A stretch of DNA of 64,000 nucleotides from a virus. Shown piece after piece: positions 35,453-44,841 of the stretch. The notes below the pieces were generated by a model, which saw only the letters and a list, made by a program, of their open reading frames with translations, was not told the DNA's origin and ran no database searches. Numbering within the stretch: the stretch's first letter is position 1; each line of letters begins with the position of its first letter. The DNA is taken from IMG/VR virus record IMGVR_UViG_3300042564_002302, positions 1 through 64,000 of that record; one strand, given 5' to 3'. The position numbers and the translations under genes were made by a program.

Positions 35453-35511
35453 TTTGTCCAAATCAAGGCACATATTCCTAGTTAAGCAAGAGAAAATGGT
35501 ACAATAGACAA

Positions 35512-35844
35512 ATGAACAAAATTAAATCACAGGCAATAGAAGAAACAATCTACGGACTCTATGTTTGGCAGATGCCAGATGGTAAGTGGGTCGGAGATGA
35601 TGATGGTAACTATTTAAATATACCTTCAGTTAAGAACGATAAGAAAAAGATGGCTATCTTAAAAGAGGTTGTTGGGTCTTATGGCGTAGAAGAGGGTGGA
35701 CCAGTATTCCTTTCAGGAAGACGTAGAGTTACAGACGAAGAGTATGCCCATCAAAGACAAAGGCTTGAATGGGGTCTTACACCAGACCCATATGACATTG
35801 GTGAAAGTTTAGATCAAATGAAGAGGATAAAAAATGGCAACTGA
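35512..35844 (+). CDS. hypothetical protein immediately upstream of portal
   Basis: ORF track; leaderless TGgTACAAT promoter. Confidence 0.7.
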   Translation: MNKIKSQAIEETIYGLYVWQMPDGKWVGDDDGNYLNIPSVKNDKKKMAILKEVVGSYGVEEGGPVFLSGRRRVTDEEYAHQRQRLEWGLTPDPYDIGESLDQMKRIKNGN

Positions 35845-37405
35845 GTTTGAAGATGAAAAAGACCTTATTGAAATAAGTCATTCAGGAGATCTGCCACTTA
35901 ACGGACAGATGGATGAATATGGAGATCCCTTCAAGAGGGACTTTGATTCGATAAAAAAGATGAATGGTTTCAGCACTAACTTTAAAAAGAAGTTAGCCAG
36001 AACAGATCTCAATAAATTCTTGCGTGGCAATGGTTCAGAAAGTAATGCAATCATTGAGCCATTTATGATTACTGGCTATAGCATATTAGACGTTGTGCAG
36101 CCACCTTACAATATGGATTACCTCTCAAAGATTTATGAAGTTTCTTCAGCTCACTATGGAGCGGTTAATGCAAAGGTTGCAAACATTGTTGGCTTGGGGT
36201 ATGACTTTGTTGAAAGCCAGGCTACAAAAGAAAAGCTTGCAGATATAACAGATGATGTGCAGCTTGAGAGAGCACGTAGAAAGCTAGAGAGAATTAAGAT
36301 TAGTCTTCATGAGTGGCTAGAGTCTACTAACGAAGAGGAAACTGTAGTAGAGACATTGTCTAGAGTCTGGAAGGACTACGAGACAACTGGAAATGGTTAT
36401 ATTGAAATCGGCAGAAAGAATACTGGAGAAATTGGATATATTGGACATGTGCCAGCGGCATCTATGCGTGTTCGTAGACTAAGAGACGGCTTTGTTCAAA
36501 TCATTGGAAATCAGTCTGTATTCTTTAGAAACTATGGATCAGAAGATGATACTAATCCAATAACAGCAGACACTAGACCTAATGAGATTATCCACCTAAA
36601 GAACTATACACCTACAAATGGATATTACGGTGTTCCAGATATTATTGCTTCAAAGAATGCTATGGCTGGAAACGAGTTTGCTGCAAGATTTAACCTTGAC
36701 TACTTTGAGAATAAGGCTGTTCCAAGATATATTATCACAGTAAAGGGTGCCAAGCTTTCAAATGATTCAGAGAAGAAGCTGCTAGAGTTCTTCCAGACTG
36801 GACTAAAGGGTCAAAATCATAGATCACTATATATTCCACTCCCAGCAGATAATCAGGACTCTAAGGTTGAGTTTAAGATGGATGCGGTTGAGGCTGGAGT
36901 TCAAGACTCTTCCTTTAATAACTATAGAACAGCGAATAGAGATGAGATATTAATGTCTCATCGTGTTCCAGTAAATAAGATTGGAACACCTTCTGGCGTC
37001 TCACTTGCCAATGCTCGTGATGCAGACAAGACATTTAAAGAGCAGGTATGTCGTCCAGCACAGAAGAATCTTGAAAAGAGACTTAATAAGATTATCTCTG
37101 AAAAGACAGATATGTTCCTTCTTAAGTTTAATGAGCTTACCCTTACAGATGAAGATACTCAGTCAAAGATTGATGAAAGATATCTTAGAATGAAGGTTTT
37201 AGTACCAAACGAAGTAAGATCCAGAATGGGTCTTCCAGGAATTGCTGGCGGAGACGATCCAGTAGAGCTAAAGCCACAGCAGGCAGCAGAGCAAACAGCT
37301 CAAGCAAGTGGCAATAGAAATCGTGATCAGCAAAGACAAGGTAATCAGCCAGATGTATCTGGAGAGGGAAGAAATGCTCAAGGCGATGGAAGACAGCAAA
37401 ATTAG
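35834..37405 (+). CDS. portal protein (PBSX/HK97-like)
   Basis: DYETTGNGYIEI, NEIIHLK, YYGVPD, YFENKAVP, RDEILMSHRVP, PNEVR..MGLP. Confidence 0.92.
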   Translation: MATEFEDEKDLIEISHSGDLPLNGQMDEYGDPFKRDFDSIKKMNGFSTNFKKKLARTDLNKFLRGNGSESNAIIEPFMITGYSILDVVQPPYNMDYLSKIYEVSSAHYGAVNAKVANIVGLGYDFVESQATKEKLADITDDVQLERARRKLERIKISLHEWLESTNEEETVVETLSRVWKDYETTGNGYIEIGRKNTGEIGYIGHVPAASMRVRRLRDGFVQIIGNQSVFFRNYGSEDDTNPITADTRPNEIIHLKNYTPTNGYYGVPDIIASKNAMAGNEFAARFNLDYFENKAVPRYIITVKGAKLSNDSEKKLLEFFQTGLKGQNHRSLYIPLPADNQDSKVEFKMDAVEAGVQDSSFNNYRTANRDEILMSHRVPVNKIGTPSGVSLANARDADKTFKEQVCRPAQKNLEKRLNKIISEKTDMFLLKFNELTLTDEDTQSKIDERYLRMKVLVPNEVRSRMGLPGIAGGDDPVELKPQQAAEQTAQASGNRNRDQQRQGNQPDVSGEGRNAQGDGRQQN

Positions 37406-37416
37406 TCTACCAATAT

Positions 37417-37445
37417 TTGCGTTTTAATCATCTAAGCGATATTAT
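37417..37445 (+). promoter_or_regulatory. late promoter TTGCGT-N17-TATTAT
   Basis: near-identical architecture at 43278-43306. Confidence 0.6.
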
Positions 37446-37454
37446 TTATACACC

Positions 37455-39005
37455 ATGGAAATATTAAAAGCCAACTGGACAACAGATGGGGATAGCATTA
37501 AAATTGCTGTTCCGTTCTCCAAAGTCGACATTGAAAAGCGTACAGTATCAGGTTTCGCTACCCTAGATAACGTAGACTCACACGGAGATGTTGTTACATC
37601 AGAGGCAAGCGTATCTGCATTTAAGAGATTCAGAGGCAACCTAAGAGAAATGCATCAGCCATTGGCTGTAGGAAAGGTTGTATCGTTTGAACCAAAGGAT
37701 TACTATGATCCAGCAGATGGAAAAGTTTATAGCGGCGTATATGTCACATCATACGTTTCAAAGGGTGCACAGGATACTTGGGAAAAAGTTCTTGATGGAA
37801 CACTTTCTGGATTCTCAATTGGCGGAGCAATCAAGTCAGTAGAAAACGAATTCGTCGCAGATAAAGATGCTATGGTTAGATTTATTAAAGACTATGACCT
37901 TGTAGAACTTTCACTAGTTGATAACCCAGCAAACCAACTTGCAAATATCTTTTCTATTGAAAAGGTAAATGGAGAAATGGTTATGAAGGGTATGGCAACA
38001 GAAGTCAACGCAGAAAATATTTTTTGGTGCGGAGACGATTTTGTAGCAATAACATCTTCACAAGATAACGCTAGCTGCGAGTCTTGCGGAACAGAGATGG
38101 AAAAGGTTGGATGGGTTGAAAAAGATGCAGAGGGAGACACAGTAGAAATTAGAGATGTCTCAGAAGAATATTTCTCAAAGTCTGCATTCAAATCAGGAGA
38201 TTTTGTTTCATGGAATATATCAAATGGAACAGCAAGAGGAAAAGTTTTAAAGTATAACAAATCAAATATTATAGTTGAACTATATCGTCCAAGTGGAAAT
38301 GGTTGGTCTACAACAGAGAAGTCAATGTCAGTTGACATGTCTGCACTAAAAAAGATCTCACCACTTAAGGTAAACACAGAAAAGAATTCTGAGATTGACA
38401 AGGTCACAGAAGAGCGTCGTGAGTCTATTAACGGCGGCGTTTTAAATAAAGAAATAGCCAAAGAAGGAGGTACAGACGTGGAAGATACAACTAATGTTGC
38501 AGCTGAAGAAGTTGCAGTAGAAGCTACCACAGAAGTAGCCTCTGAAGCGGCAGCTGTAGAGGAAGCTGTTGTAGAAGAGGTTGCTGCAGAAACAGCTCCA
38601 GAAGGCGATGACACTGCTGTTGAAAAGGCAGCCGATATTCAGGAAGTCGCCGTCGAAGAGTTGGATTTCGCAAAGAAGCTTGATGAACTCAAGGATTTCT
38701 TTGCTGCAGGATTTGCAAAGAATGCGTCAGAAAGCGCTACTGGACTTGATTCAGTAAAGGCAGAAATCGCAGAAATCGCAAAGTCATCAGACGCTAAGTA
38801 TGATGAGCTTTCAAAGAAGTATGATGAAGTTTCTGCAACACTAGCTGCACTTAAGGGTGGGCTTGATGTTACAGAGAAAAGAATTGATGCAGTTGAATCA
38901 GATACTGCTATCAAGAAGTCTGTTGATCTTGGCGGAACAACAGAAGAACCCATTAAGAAGAGTAAGTGGGGCGGCACATTCCTCGGTGTGCAAAACATTC
39001 TCTAA
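37455..39005 (+). CDS. prohead maturation protease fused to a Tudor/SH3-like insert and an acidic scaffold domain
   Basis: VSGFAT..NVD..GD, REMH, GFSIGG, LVELSLVD.PAN; FKSGDFVSW...ARGKV; E/A-rich coiled-coil C-term. Confidence 0.88.
   Translation: MEILKANWTTDGDSIKIAVPFSKVDIEKRTVSGFATLDNVDSHGDVVTSEASVSAFKRFRGNLREMHQPLAVGKVVSFEPKDYYDPADGKVYSGVYVTSYVSKGAQDTWEKVLDGTLSGFSIGGAIKSVENEFVADKDAMVRFIKDYDLVELSLVDNPANQLANIFSIEKVNGEMVMKGMATEVNAENIFWCGDDFVAITSSQDNASCESCGTEMEKVGWVEKDAEGDTVEIRDVSEEYFSKSAFKSGDFVSWNISNGTARGKVLKYNKSNIIVELYRPSGNGWSTTEKSMSVDMSALKKISPLKVNTEKNSEIDKVTEERRESINGGVLNKEIAKEGGTDVEDTTNVAAEEVAVEATTEVASEAAAVEEAVVEEVAAETAPEGDDTAVEKAADIQEVAVEELDFAKKLDELKDFFAAGFAKNASESATGLDSVKAEIAEIAKSSDAKYDELSKKYDEVSATLAALKGGLDVTEKRIDAVESDTAIKKSVDLGGTTEEPIKKSKWGGTFLGVQNIL
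38478..39005 (+). CDS. putative nested scaffolding protein (internal in-frame GTG start)
   Basis: strong SD AAGGAGG 7 nt upstream of in-frame GTG 38478. Confidence 0.55.
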   Translation: MEDTTNVAAEEVAVEATTEVASEAAAVEEAVVEEVAAETAPEGDDTAVEKAADIQEVAVEELDFAKKLDELKDFFAAGFAKNASESATGLDSVKAEIAEIAKSSDAKYDELSKKYDEVSATLAALKGGLDVTEKRIDAVESDTAIKKSVDLGGTTEEPIKKSKWGGTFLGVQNIL

Positions 39006-39027
39006 GAAAAAGGTGGTGAAAAAATAA

Positions 39028-40098
39028 ATGAGCAACGAATTGTTAGAAAAAGCAATTACAACAACAAACTTGGGAACCTCTGCTGGCGATGACGCTAGAG
39101 GCGGTCTCCTAAAGCCAGAACAAGCTAATCGTTTCATCGATTACATGTTTGATGCCACAGTTATTACTAAGGTAGCTCGTACTATACGTATGAGATCAGA
39201 CATTCAAGAAATCGATAAGATTGGCGTTGGCGAGAGAATCCTTCGTGTCGCAACAGAGGCACAGGATACTTCATCTGCACAAGGTGTAGTATTTTCAAAG
39301 ATCTCTCTAGCTACAAAGAAGCTTCGTCTTGACTGGGAACTTTCAAGCGAATCTCTAGAGGATGGTATCGAGGGTGCAGATCTAGAAGATCACATTGCAA
39401 GAATGATGGCTACTCAGGTCGGAAACGACGTTGAGGATCTAGTTATCAACGGTAATGGTGCATCACAAGACCCACTTCTAAAGGCATTTGACGGAGTTCG
39501 CAAGTTGGCAACAACTCACGGACACGTAGTAGATGCAGGTGGAGCAGCAATCACTAAGGGTATCTTCAATGATGCACTTAAGAAGATGCCACGTCGCTAC
39601 AAGCAACGTCGCAACCAGCTTCGCTTCCTTTCTGGTTCAAACTTGGTACAGGATTACCTGTTCAGCTTGACCAGCATTCCAGGAACTCCAGAAGATATCG
39701 CTTCAGGTATCGTTCGTGGTGACGTAGTCGCTAATAACGGAGCTCCAGGAGGAGTCATTCCTTACGCATTTGGTATTCCAGTAGTGGAAGTTCCAATGCT
39801 TGATGAAAACCAAACTGGAACATACTCAGGTGCATCAGGAGCACACGGTGATATTCACCTTACATTCCCTGATAACGTACTTGTCGGTATCAAGCGTGAT
39901 ATCGTAGTACACCGTGAGTTCAAGCCAAAGAAGGATACAATTGAATACACATTGTTCCTTCGTGTTGGAACTGCAATCGAAAATCCAGATGCTTTTGTCG
40001 TCGTAAAGAACGTCAAGATCTCTGCAGGATACGATTCACGTGACTTCGCAGCCGCAACTGGCGGAAGCTACACAAACTATCCAGCAAACCGTCCATAA
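39028..40098 (+). CDS. major capsid protein (HK97 fold)
   Basis: GGLLKPEQANRFID, ELSSESLED.IE, EDLVINGN, GIPVVEVP; position after protease. Confidence 0.92.
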   Translation: MSNELLEKAITTTNLGTSAGDDARGGLLKPEQANRFIDYMFDATVITKVARTIRMRSDIQEIDKIGVGERILRVATEAQDTSSAQGVVFSKISLATKKLRLDWELSSESLEDGIEGADLEDHIARMMATQVGNDVEDLVINGNGASQDPLLKAFDGVRKLATTHGHVVDAGGAAITKGIFNDALKKMPRRYKQRRNQLRFLSGSNLVQDYLFSLTSIPGTPEDIASGIVRGDVVANNGAPGGVIPYAFGIPVVEVPMLDENQTGTYSGASGAHGDIHLTFPDNVLVGIKRDIVVHREFKPKKDTIEYTLFLRVGTAIENPDAFVVVKNVKISAGYDSRDFAAATGGSYTNYPANRP

Positions 40099-40120
40099 TA
40101 ACGGTTTAAAGGTGCTTTGG

Positions 40121-40156
40121 AGTGGGATCCCTTAAGGGGGATCCCACTTCTCTTTT
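40121..40156 (+). terminator. intrinsic terminator after the capsid gene
   Basis: AGTGGGATCCC...GGGATCCCACT followed by TCTCTTTT. Confidence 0.8.
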
Positions 40157-40198
40157 AGCTTCTATAATGATATAATTGTTACAAAGAATGGAGAAATA

Positions 40199-40591
40199 AT
40201 GTCATTTGACACTATGAAATTATCTGAACTAAAGAAGGTCGCTGAAGATTTCGGCGTAGATTTAGAGAATGCAAAAACAAAGGCAGAGATTATTGCCGCA
40301 TTAGCAGAAGAAGGCGTGAACTTTGATTTACTTGATAAGTTCACAAATGTAGAAAAAGAAGATTTGCCAGAGGCTCCGATGTTTGATAAACTATCAAAAG
40401 TTGATCTTGGATCTGATACAGCCCTAGTAAAGATGGAAAGATTGAACAGAAGCTATGAGACGTTTGGCTTTACGTTTAGTCAGGACCACCCATTTGTGCC
40501 AATGCCAATGCATTTAGCCCAAGAGATTTTTGACAACGAAGAAGGATTTAGACTGGCTACCCCAAGGGAAGTCAACGAGTTTTACTCATAA
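40199..40591 (+). CDS. head-associated protein with N-terminal HeH/Rho-N-like helical motif
   Basis: MKLSELKKVAEDFGV....KTKAEIIAAL. Confidence 0.6.
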   Translation: MSFDTMKLSELKKVAEDFGVDLENAKTKAEIIAALAEEGVNFDLLDKFTNVEKEDLPEAPMFDKLSKVDLGSDTALVKMERLNRSYETFGFTFSQDHPFVPMPMHLAQEIFDNEEGFRLATPREVNEFYS

Positions 40592-40602
40592 GGAGATAGT
40601 AC

Positions 40603-41535
40603 ATGGCGGAGTTGCACTACGGTTCACAAGGAATCATTCATTTTAATACCTTGATCGGTAGCCAATATATTGACTCATCATCTATAACTGCAACACTAAG
40701 GCCAAATCCAACAACATTGGTCCCTTCACCAGCAGCAGTAGCATTGACGGTTGTAAACGATGATGTTAATGAGGGTAGCTATTGTGCCTATGTGCCAAAC
40801 TCCCTAACTGCATACGGAGCATATAACTATCTAGATCTAGATGTTTCATACGCAATACCAGGAGATGCAACTCCGTCTACCCTAAGAAGAAGATACTACT
40901 TAGTAAAGCCATATGCACATATGGATGAGATCATCCACGAACTAGGATTTGGTATAGACACTTCAGATCCAAACTATAAGACAACATCTGAACTAATGGC
41001 TGCAGAAAGATGGGCTAGGTTTAAGATTGATGCTTATACTGGGCAGACATATGGAATTGAGACAAAGTCTGTCGAGGTAATTGGAGACGGCACCGATGTT
41101 TTGTTGCTACCAGAAAGACTAGAGTCATTCTCTCAGGTATCATGTGATGATGTAGTAATTCAGGATGCAACATTTAAGATTACTCCAACAAACTATGCAA
41201 TAAGAATTAATAAAGAGCCAGGAATCGATGTGTTTGAGACATACCCTTATGTTTCAGATATTGCAACACCTGGATATTTTTCAAAAGGCAAGAGATATAC
41301 AATAGCTGGTGTATTTGGATATGTTCACACACCAAGAGCTATTGTGGAATGCACTCTTAAGCTGGTTAATGATTTCTTCTGTCAGGATACAGTATGGAGA
41401 GATAAGTATGTGAAGAGAATGCAGACTGGAGATTACACAGTTGAGATATCACCACAAGCATTTTCAGGAACAGGTAACTCATCAGTAGACAGAGTGCTTG
41501 ACTCAATGATAGCAAACAGGATGGTCATTATTTAA
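40603..41535 (+). CDS. head-tail adaptor (connector) protein
   Basis: AERWAR.KIDAYTGQ, FGY...P.AI, TGN..VD..L; synteny. Confidence 0.7.
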   Translation: MAELHYGSQGIIHFNTLIGSQYIDSSSITATLRPNPTTLVPSPAAVALTVVNDDVNEGSYCAYVPNSLTAYGAYNYLDLDVSYAIPGDATPSTLRRRYYLVKPYAHMDEIIHELGFGIDTSDPNYKTTSELMAAERWARFKIDAYTGQTYGIETKSVEVIGDGTDVLLLPERLESFSQVSCDDVVIQDATFKITPTNYAIRINKEPGIDVFETYPYVSDIATPGYFSKGKRYTIAGVFGYVHTPRAIVECTLKLVNDFFCQDTVWRDKYVKRMQTGDYTVEISPQAFSGTGNSSVDRVLDSMIANRMVII

Positions 41536-41963
41536 TGAAGAGCTGCCTAGTCGGTTCAAATTTTTTCATGAAAATGGATATCTATGAAAGAATTACAACC
41601 CAGGATGAAAATACTGGAGCCCTAAAAAAGGTTTGGGGTTTTAAGTCAACCCAGAGCTGCCTTGCTCGTGGTCAGATTACCGATAGCGCAACTTCACCAG
41701 GAAGCAATGATAAGGTCGGAGAAAGATATTTTAATACAGAATTTATTAAAATAGAATCTCCAGTTAGACTGTCTAAAACGCAAAGAATTACTAACATAAG
41801 AAATCAGCAGAATGAGTATATCTGGATAGAGCAAGATAGCTACACACAAGATCCAACTGTGTTTGACGTACTTGGATGCATACCAGTTATGGACCCATTC
41901 GGCGCAATCATTTCTTATAACGTAACAGCCAAGCGTTCTGAGGTACAGTCAATTGAAAGCTAA
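41535..41963 (+). CDS. head-closure (stopper) protein
   Basis: synteny; QDENTGALKK.W. Confidence 0.6.
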   Translation: MKSCLVGSNFFMKMDIYERITTQDENTGALKKVWGFKSTQSCLARGQITDSATSPGSNDKVGERYFNTEFIKIESPVRLSKTQRITNIRNQQNEYIWIEQDSYTQDPTVFDVLGCIPVMDPFGAIISYNVTAKRSEVQSIES

Positions 41964-42741
41964 TATAATATCCCAGATAAAAGGAATAGAATCAGCTCTA
42001 GCAACTAAGAAGCCAGGAGCATTTTCTGATTCAGGCGGAACTGCAAAGATGGCTGCAGCAATATACTATAAAGCAGCTACATTAGAGTATCTATTAAATT
42101 CTGAAAGAACACAAGATTCAGTATCAAATAAAATTTTTGGCCAGATAAATAAAGACTTTGGATCATATACCGATTTACTAGCAGCTAGCAATACGGCAAG
42201 ACTACATCACGTTTATGAATGGAAAAGGGCTGGAGATCCGTCAGCTAGACTATGGGTTTTAAAAAATACTCGTGGCAAAAATTATAATATGTCAATATCA
42301 TATCAGTTTAAGCAATCAAAAACTAATGTCCCAAATCAAAAGTCATTGAAGAAGTATGTGTTTAAAGAAAAAGCTAGAATAATGGAGTATAGAATTCCTG
42401 TACTCATCAAACCAAGATCACTTGGCGGAAGGCTGGTTTTTGAGGGAAGAGACGGAAAGACAATATTTATGCCAAAGGGTCGCTCTGTTGTAGTAAATAA
42501 CCCAGGTGGAACAATGGTCTATCAGGGCTTTTCAACCACATATAATAAGTTCTTTACAACAAAAATGGTATATGATTCAATAGAAAGATCTGGGGTGAAG
42601 AAGTCTTTAAGTTCTGCTAGTAAAAAGGCAGCAAAGCTTCCTTCGACTATATCTGGAAAACTAACATTTTCAAGAATATCTGCATCTGCAGTAAGGTCTT
42701 TAGCAAAGTCTAGCGCAAGCAATGCATCAAGGAGTATATAA
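41953..42741 (+). CDS. neck/tail-completion protein (basic)
   Basis: synteny; LHHVYEW, FKEKARIME. Confidence 0.55.
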   Translation: MKANIISQIKGIESALATKKPGAFSDSGGTAKMAAAIYYKAATLEYLLNSERTQDSVSNKIFGQINKDFGSYTDLLAASNTARLHHVYEWKRAGDPSARLWVLKNTRGKNYNMSISYQFKQSKTNVPNQKSLKKYVFKEKARIMEYRIPVLIKPRSLGGRLVFEGRDGKTIFMPKGRSVVVNNPGGTMVYQGFSTTYNKFFTTKMVYDSIERSGVKKSLSSASKKAAKLPSTISGKLTFSRISASAVRSLAKSSASNASRSI

Positions 42742-43274
42742 TGGCAAACTATTCAATTAACGCATCATCGGCTATTCGTAATTACTTATGGGATCAGCTA
42801 AAGTCTCAAAACTCAGATGTCAATATAGGTCAAAAAATGTTTGATGAGCAAGAGTATGATTATCAAAATACAGGGAATATATGGATTCCGATATTTCCAT
42901 CACAGCAAGAACCAGAACTAGACGGATTCTTTCAAAACAAAAAACATATAATTTATAACTATGTGGCAGATGGCTACGAGGACAACTGGCTTATTTGCAG
43001 AGACTCAATGCTATTCACTATATATTCAAGTAACTACTCAGAGATAGTAGAGGTCCAGGAGTTTATGCTAGACCTATTTAGAAGAATGGATGATTCAGCT
43101 AAGGATGTCAATAACTACCTTGGTCAGACATCACCCTTTATATTCTATTCAATTAGCCTTACAGATATGCTTTCCCCAGAGCCAGAGGTGGAAAAGGCAG
43201 GCTTGATGGCAGGTCAGGTAATGATAAGATACAAGTATGGGCGAGTAGTAACAAAGGCTGGAAGATTCGCATAG
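42741..43274 (+). CDS. tail terminator protein
   Basis: synteny immediately before the tail tube gene. Confidence 0.55.
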   Translation: MANYSINASSAIRNYLWDQLKSQNSDVNIGQKMFDEQEYDYQNTGNIWIPIFPSQQEPELDGFFQNKKHIIYNYVADGYEDNWLICRDSMLFTIYSSNYSEIVEVQEFMLDLFRRMDDSAKDVNNYLGQTSPFIFYSISLTDMLSPEPEVEKAGLMAGQVMIRYKYGRVVTKAGRFA

Positions 43275-43277
43275 GCT

Positions 43278-43306
43278 TTGCGTTTTAACCCAAAAGGCGA
43301 TACTAT
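43278..43306 (+). promoter_or_regulatory. late promoter TTGCGT-N17-TACTAT
   Basis: matches 37417-37445. Confidence 0.6.
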
Positions 43307-43383
43307 TTACCTATCGAGGATTGAGCTTAGCCAGCTTACTTAGTAATAAAAATATTTTTCCAATTTAAATGGAGGTGGAATAA

Positions 43384-44061
43384 ATGGCAACAACAGACGT
43401 ACGTAACGTTATCGTCGGTGCAGCAGAAGTTTTCGTTTCAGCGAAGGACTCAACAGATGTACCACTATGGCCAACATATGCACTACCAACACTAGAGGCA
43501 AATAAGCCAGCAGCATCCAAGTTTGAAGCAGACGCAACAAACTGGAGAGGCGTAGGATTTACAACTGAAGGTATTGAAGTAGCATACTCACCAGATTACG
43601 GTGACATTCAGGTTGACCAGTTGCTTGATACAGCTAAGCTGTTCAAGCAGGGAATGACAGTATCGATTAACACAACTCTTGCAGAAGCAACACTTGAGAA
43701 TCTTCTCGTAGTTTTTGCTCAAAAGGGTTCAACAAAGAAGAAAGACGCATCTGTCTCATCAGAGTACTTTGGTGGAGGAACAGGAGCAGAGTCTCTCGGA
43801 ATTGAAGCAGGTGCACTTGGTCAGGAGCCAGTAGAAAGATCATTGGTCTTTATTGGTAACGCTCCAAGAACTGCAACAGGTAAGAAGCGTGAAAGAATGT
43901 ACCACATTCGTCGTGCTCTCAACGTTGAGGCATCATCACACTCATACCGTCGTAACGAAGCAACAGTTTTCCCAGTTTCTTTCCGTTTGCTTCCAGACTC
44001 ATCCTTCTCAGGAGCAGAGTACGGAACAATCGTAGACAGACTGATCGAAGCAGCTTCATAA
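43384..44061 (+). CDS. major tail tube protein
   Basis: NVIVGAA, VGFT.EG....Y.P....IQVDQ, TTLAEATLENL; followed by chaperones and TMP. Confidence 0.85.
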   Translation: MATTDVRNVIVGAAEVFVSAKDSTDVPLWPTYALPTLEANKPAASKFEADATNWRGVGFTTEGIEVAYSPDYGDIQVDQLLDTAKLFKQGMTVSINTTLAEATLENLLVVFAQKGSTKKKDASVSSEYFGGGTGAESLGIEAGALGQEPVERSLVFIGNAPRTATGKKRERMYHIRRALNVEASSHSYRRNEATVFPVSFRLLPDSSFSGAEYGTIVDRLIEAAS

Positions 44062-44091
44062 TTAAAAATTAATATATTAGTTTTTAGCTAA

Positions 44092-44122
44092 CAAGGGCCC
44101 CCAGGAGACTGGGGGCTTCTTG
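44092..44122 (+). terminator. hairpin/terminator after the tail tube gene
   Basis: GCCCCCAG-GAGA-CTGGGGGC; weak U-tract. Confidence 0.6.
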
Positions 44123-44180
44123 CCTTAGTACCTTTTATTTAGTATAATTATAGAGATCTTTCAGAATAGGAGAATACACC

Positions 44181-44513
44181 TTGGCAACTAAGGTTTATGA
44201 AACATACGAAATAGAACTACAAGACGGCACTGCCGTTACACTAAAGCCACTTCCAATTAACTCTTTAAGAGAGTTTATGGGTCACATGGGCAAGCTTGAT
44301 GGCACTTTAACAGAAGGTGATGCAGTCGATGTACTTATCGATGCAGCTGCTGTTGGAATAAAGCTATCCGCACCAGAACTAGCAGCAGACAAGAATCGTC
44401 TTGGCGACGTTCTTGACATGCCAACAATAATGAAAATTATTGAGGTGTGTGGAGGCATTAAGATGGATGACCCAAATTTAATGGCGGCGGCTCTACTAGC
44501 TGGTCAGAACTAG
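44181..44513 (+). CDS. tail assembly chaperone (G-like)
   Basis: TTG start behind SD AGGAG; synteny. Confidence 0.8.
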   Translation: MATKVYETYEIELQDGTAVTLKPLPINSLREFMGHMGKLDGTLTEGDAVDVLIDAAAVGIKLSAPELAADKNRLGDVLDMPTIMKIIEVCGGIKMDDPNLMAAALLAGQN

Positions 44514-44833
44514 ATTTAGTCGCCATTGAATCTGAGGCATTTCTTCTAGGCCTCTGGAAAAACTATGAAGAGCTTGAGTCTTCGATATCTATGCCAGAGC
44601 TTTTAGCAATACTAGAAGCAAAGAGAAAAGCAGATAACGAAGAAAAAAGATTTCTTGCATCATTGCAAGGTATTGATCTAGGTAAGGAAACTGCTCCTGC
44701 TGGAACAAAGACCTTGGAAGATGTACAGAAAAAGGTACTTGATGAACATGCAGGTATCGATGATTCGATGTATGACCTGATGCAAAAAGACGGTTTCGGA
44801 ATTGGCGCAGGGTTAGGATATCGTCAGGAGTAA
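44471..44833 (+). CDS. tail assembly chaperone GT extension via -1 frameshift
   Basis: -1 frame open from 44471 to 44833; slippery C CCA AAT / A AAT TTA at 44471-44480. Confidence 0.75.
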   Translation, partial: PKFNGGGSTSWSELDLVAIESEAFLLGLWKNYEELESSISMPELLAILEAKRKADNEEKRFLASLQGIDLGKETAPAGTKTLEDVQKKVLDEHAGIDDSMYDLMQKDGFGIGAGLGYRQE

Positions 44834-44841
44834 TAGTGTAA

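Noticed and set aside
33827-35844. Terminase large subunit upstream of the portal
   Set aside because: No Walker A/B or RNase H-like nuclease motifs; the terminase must lie outside the window.
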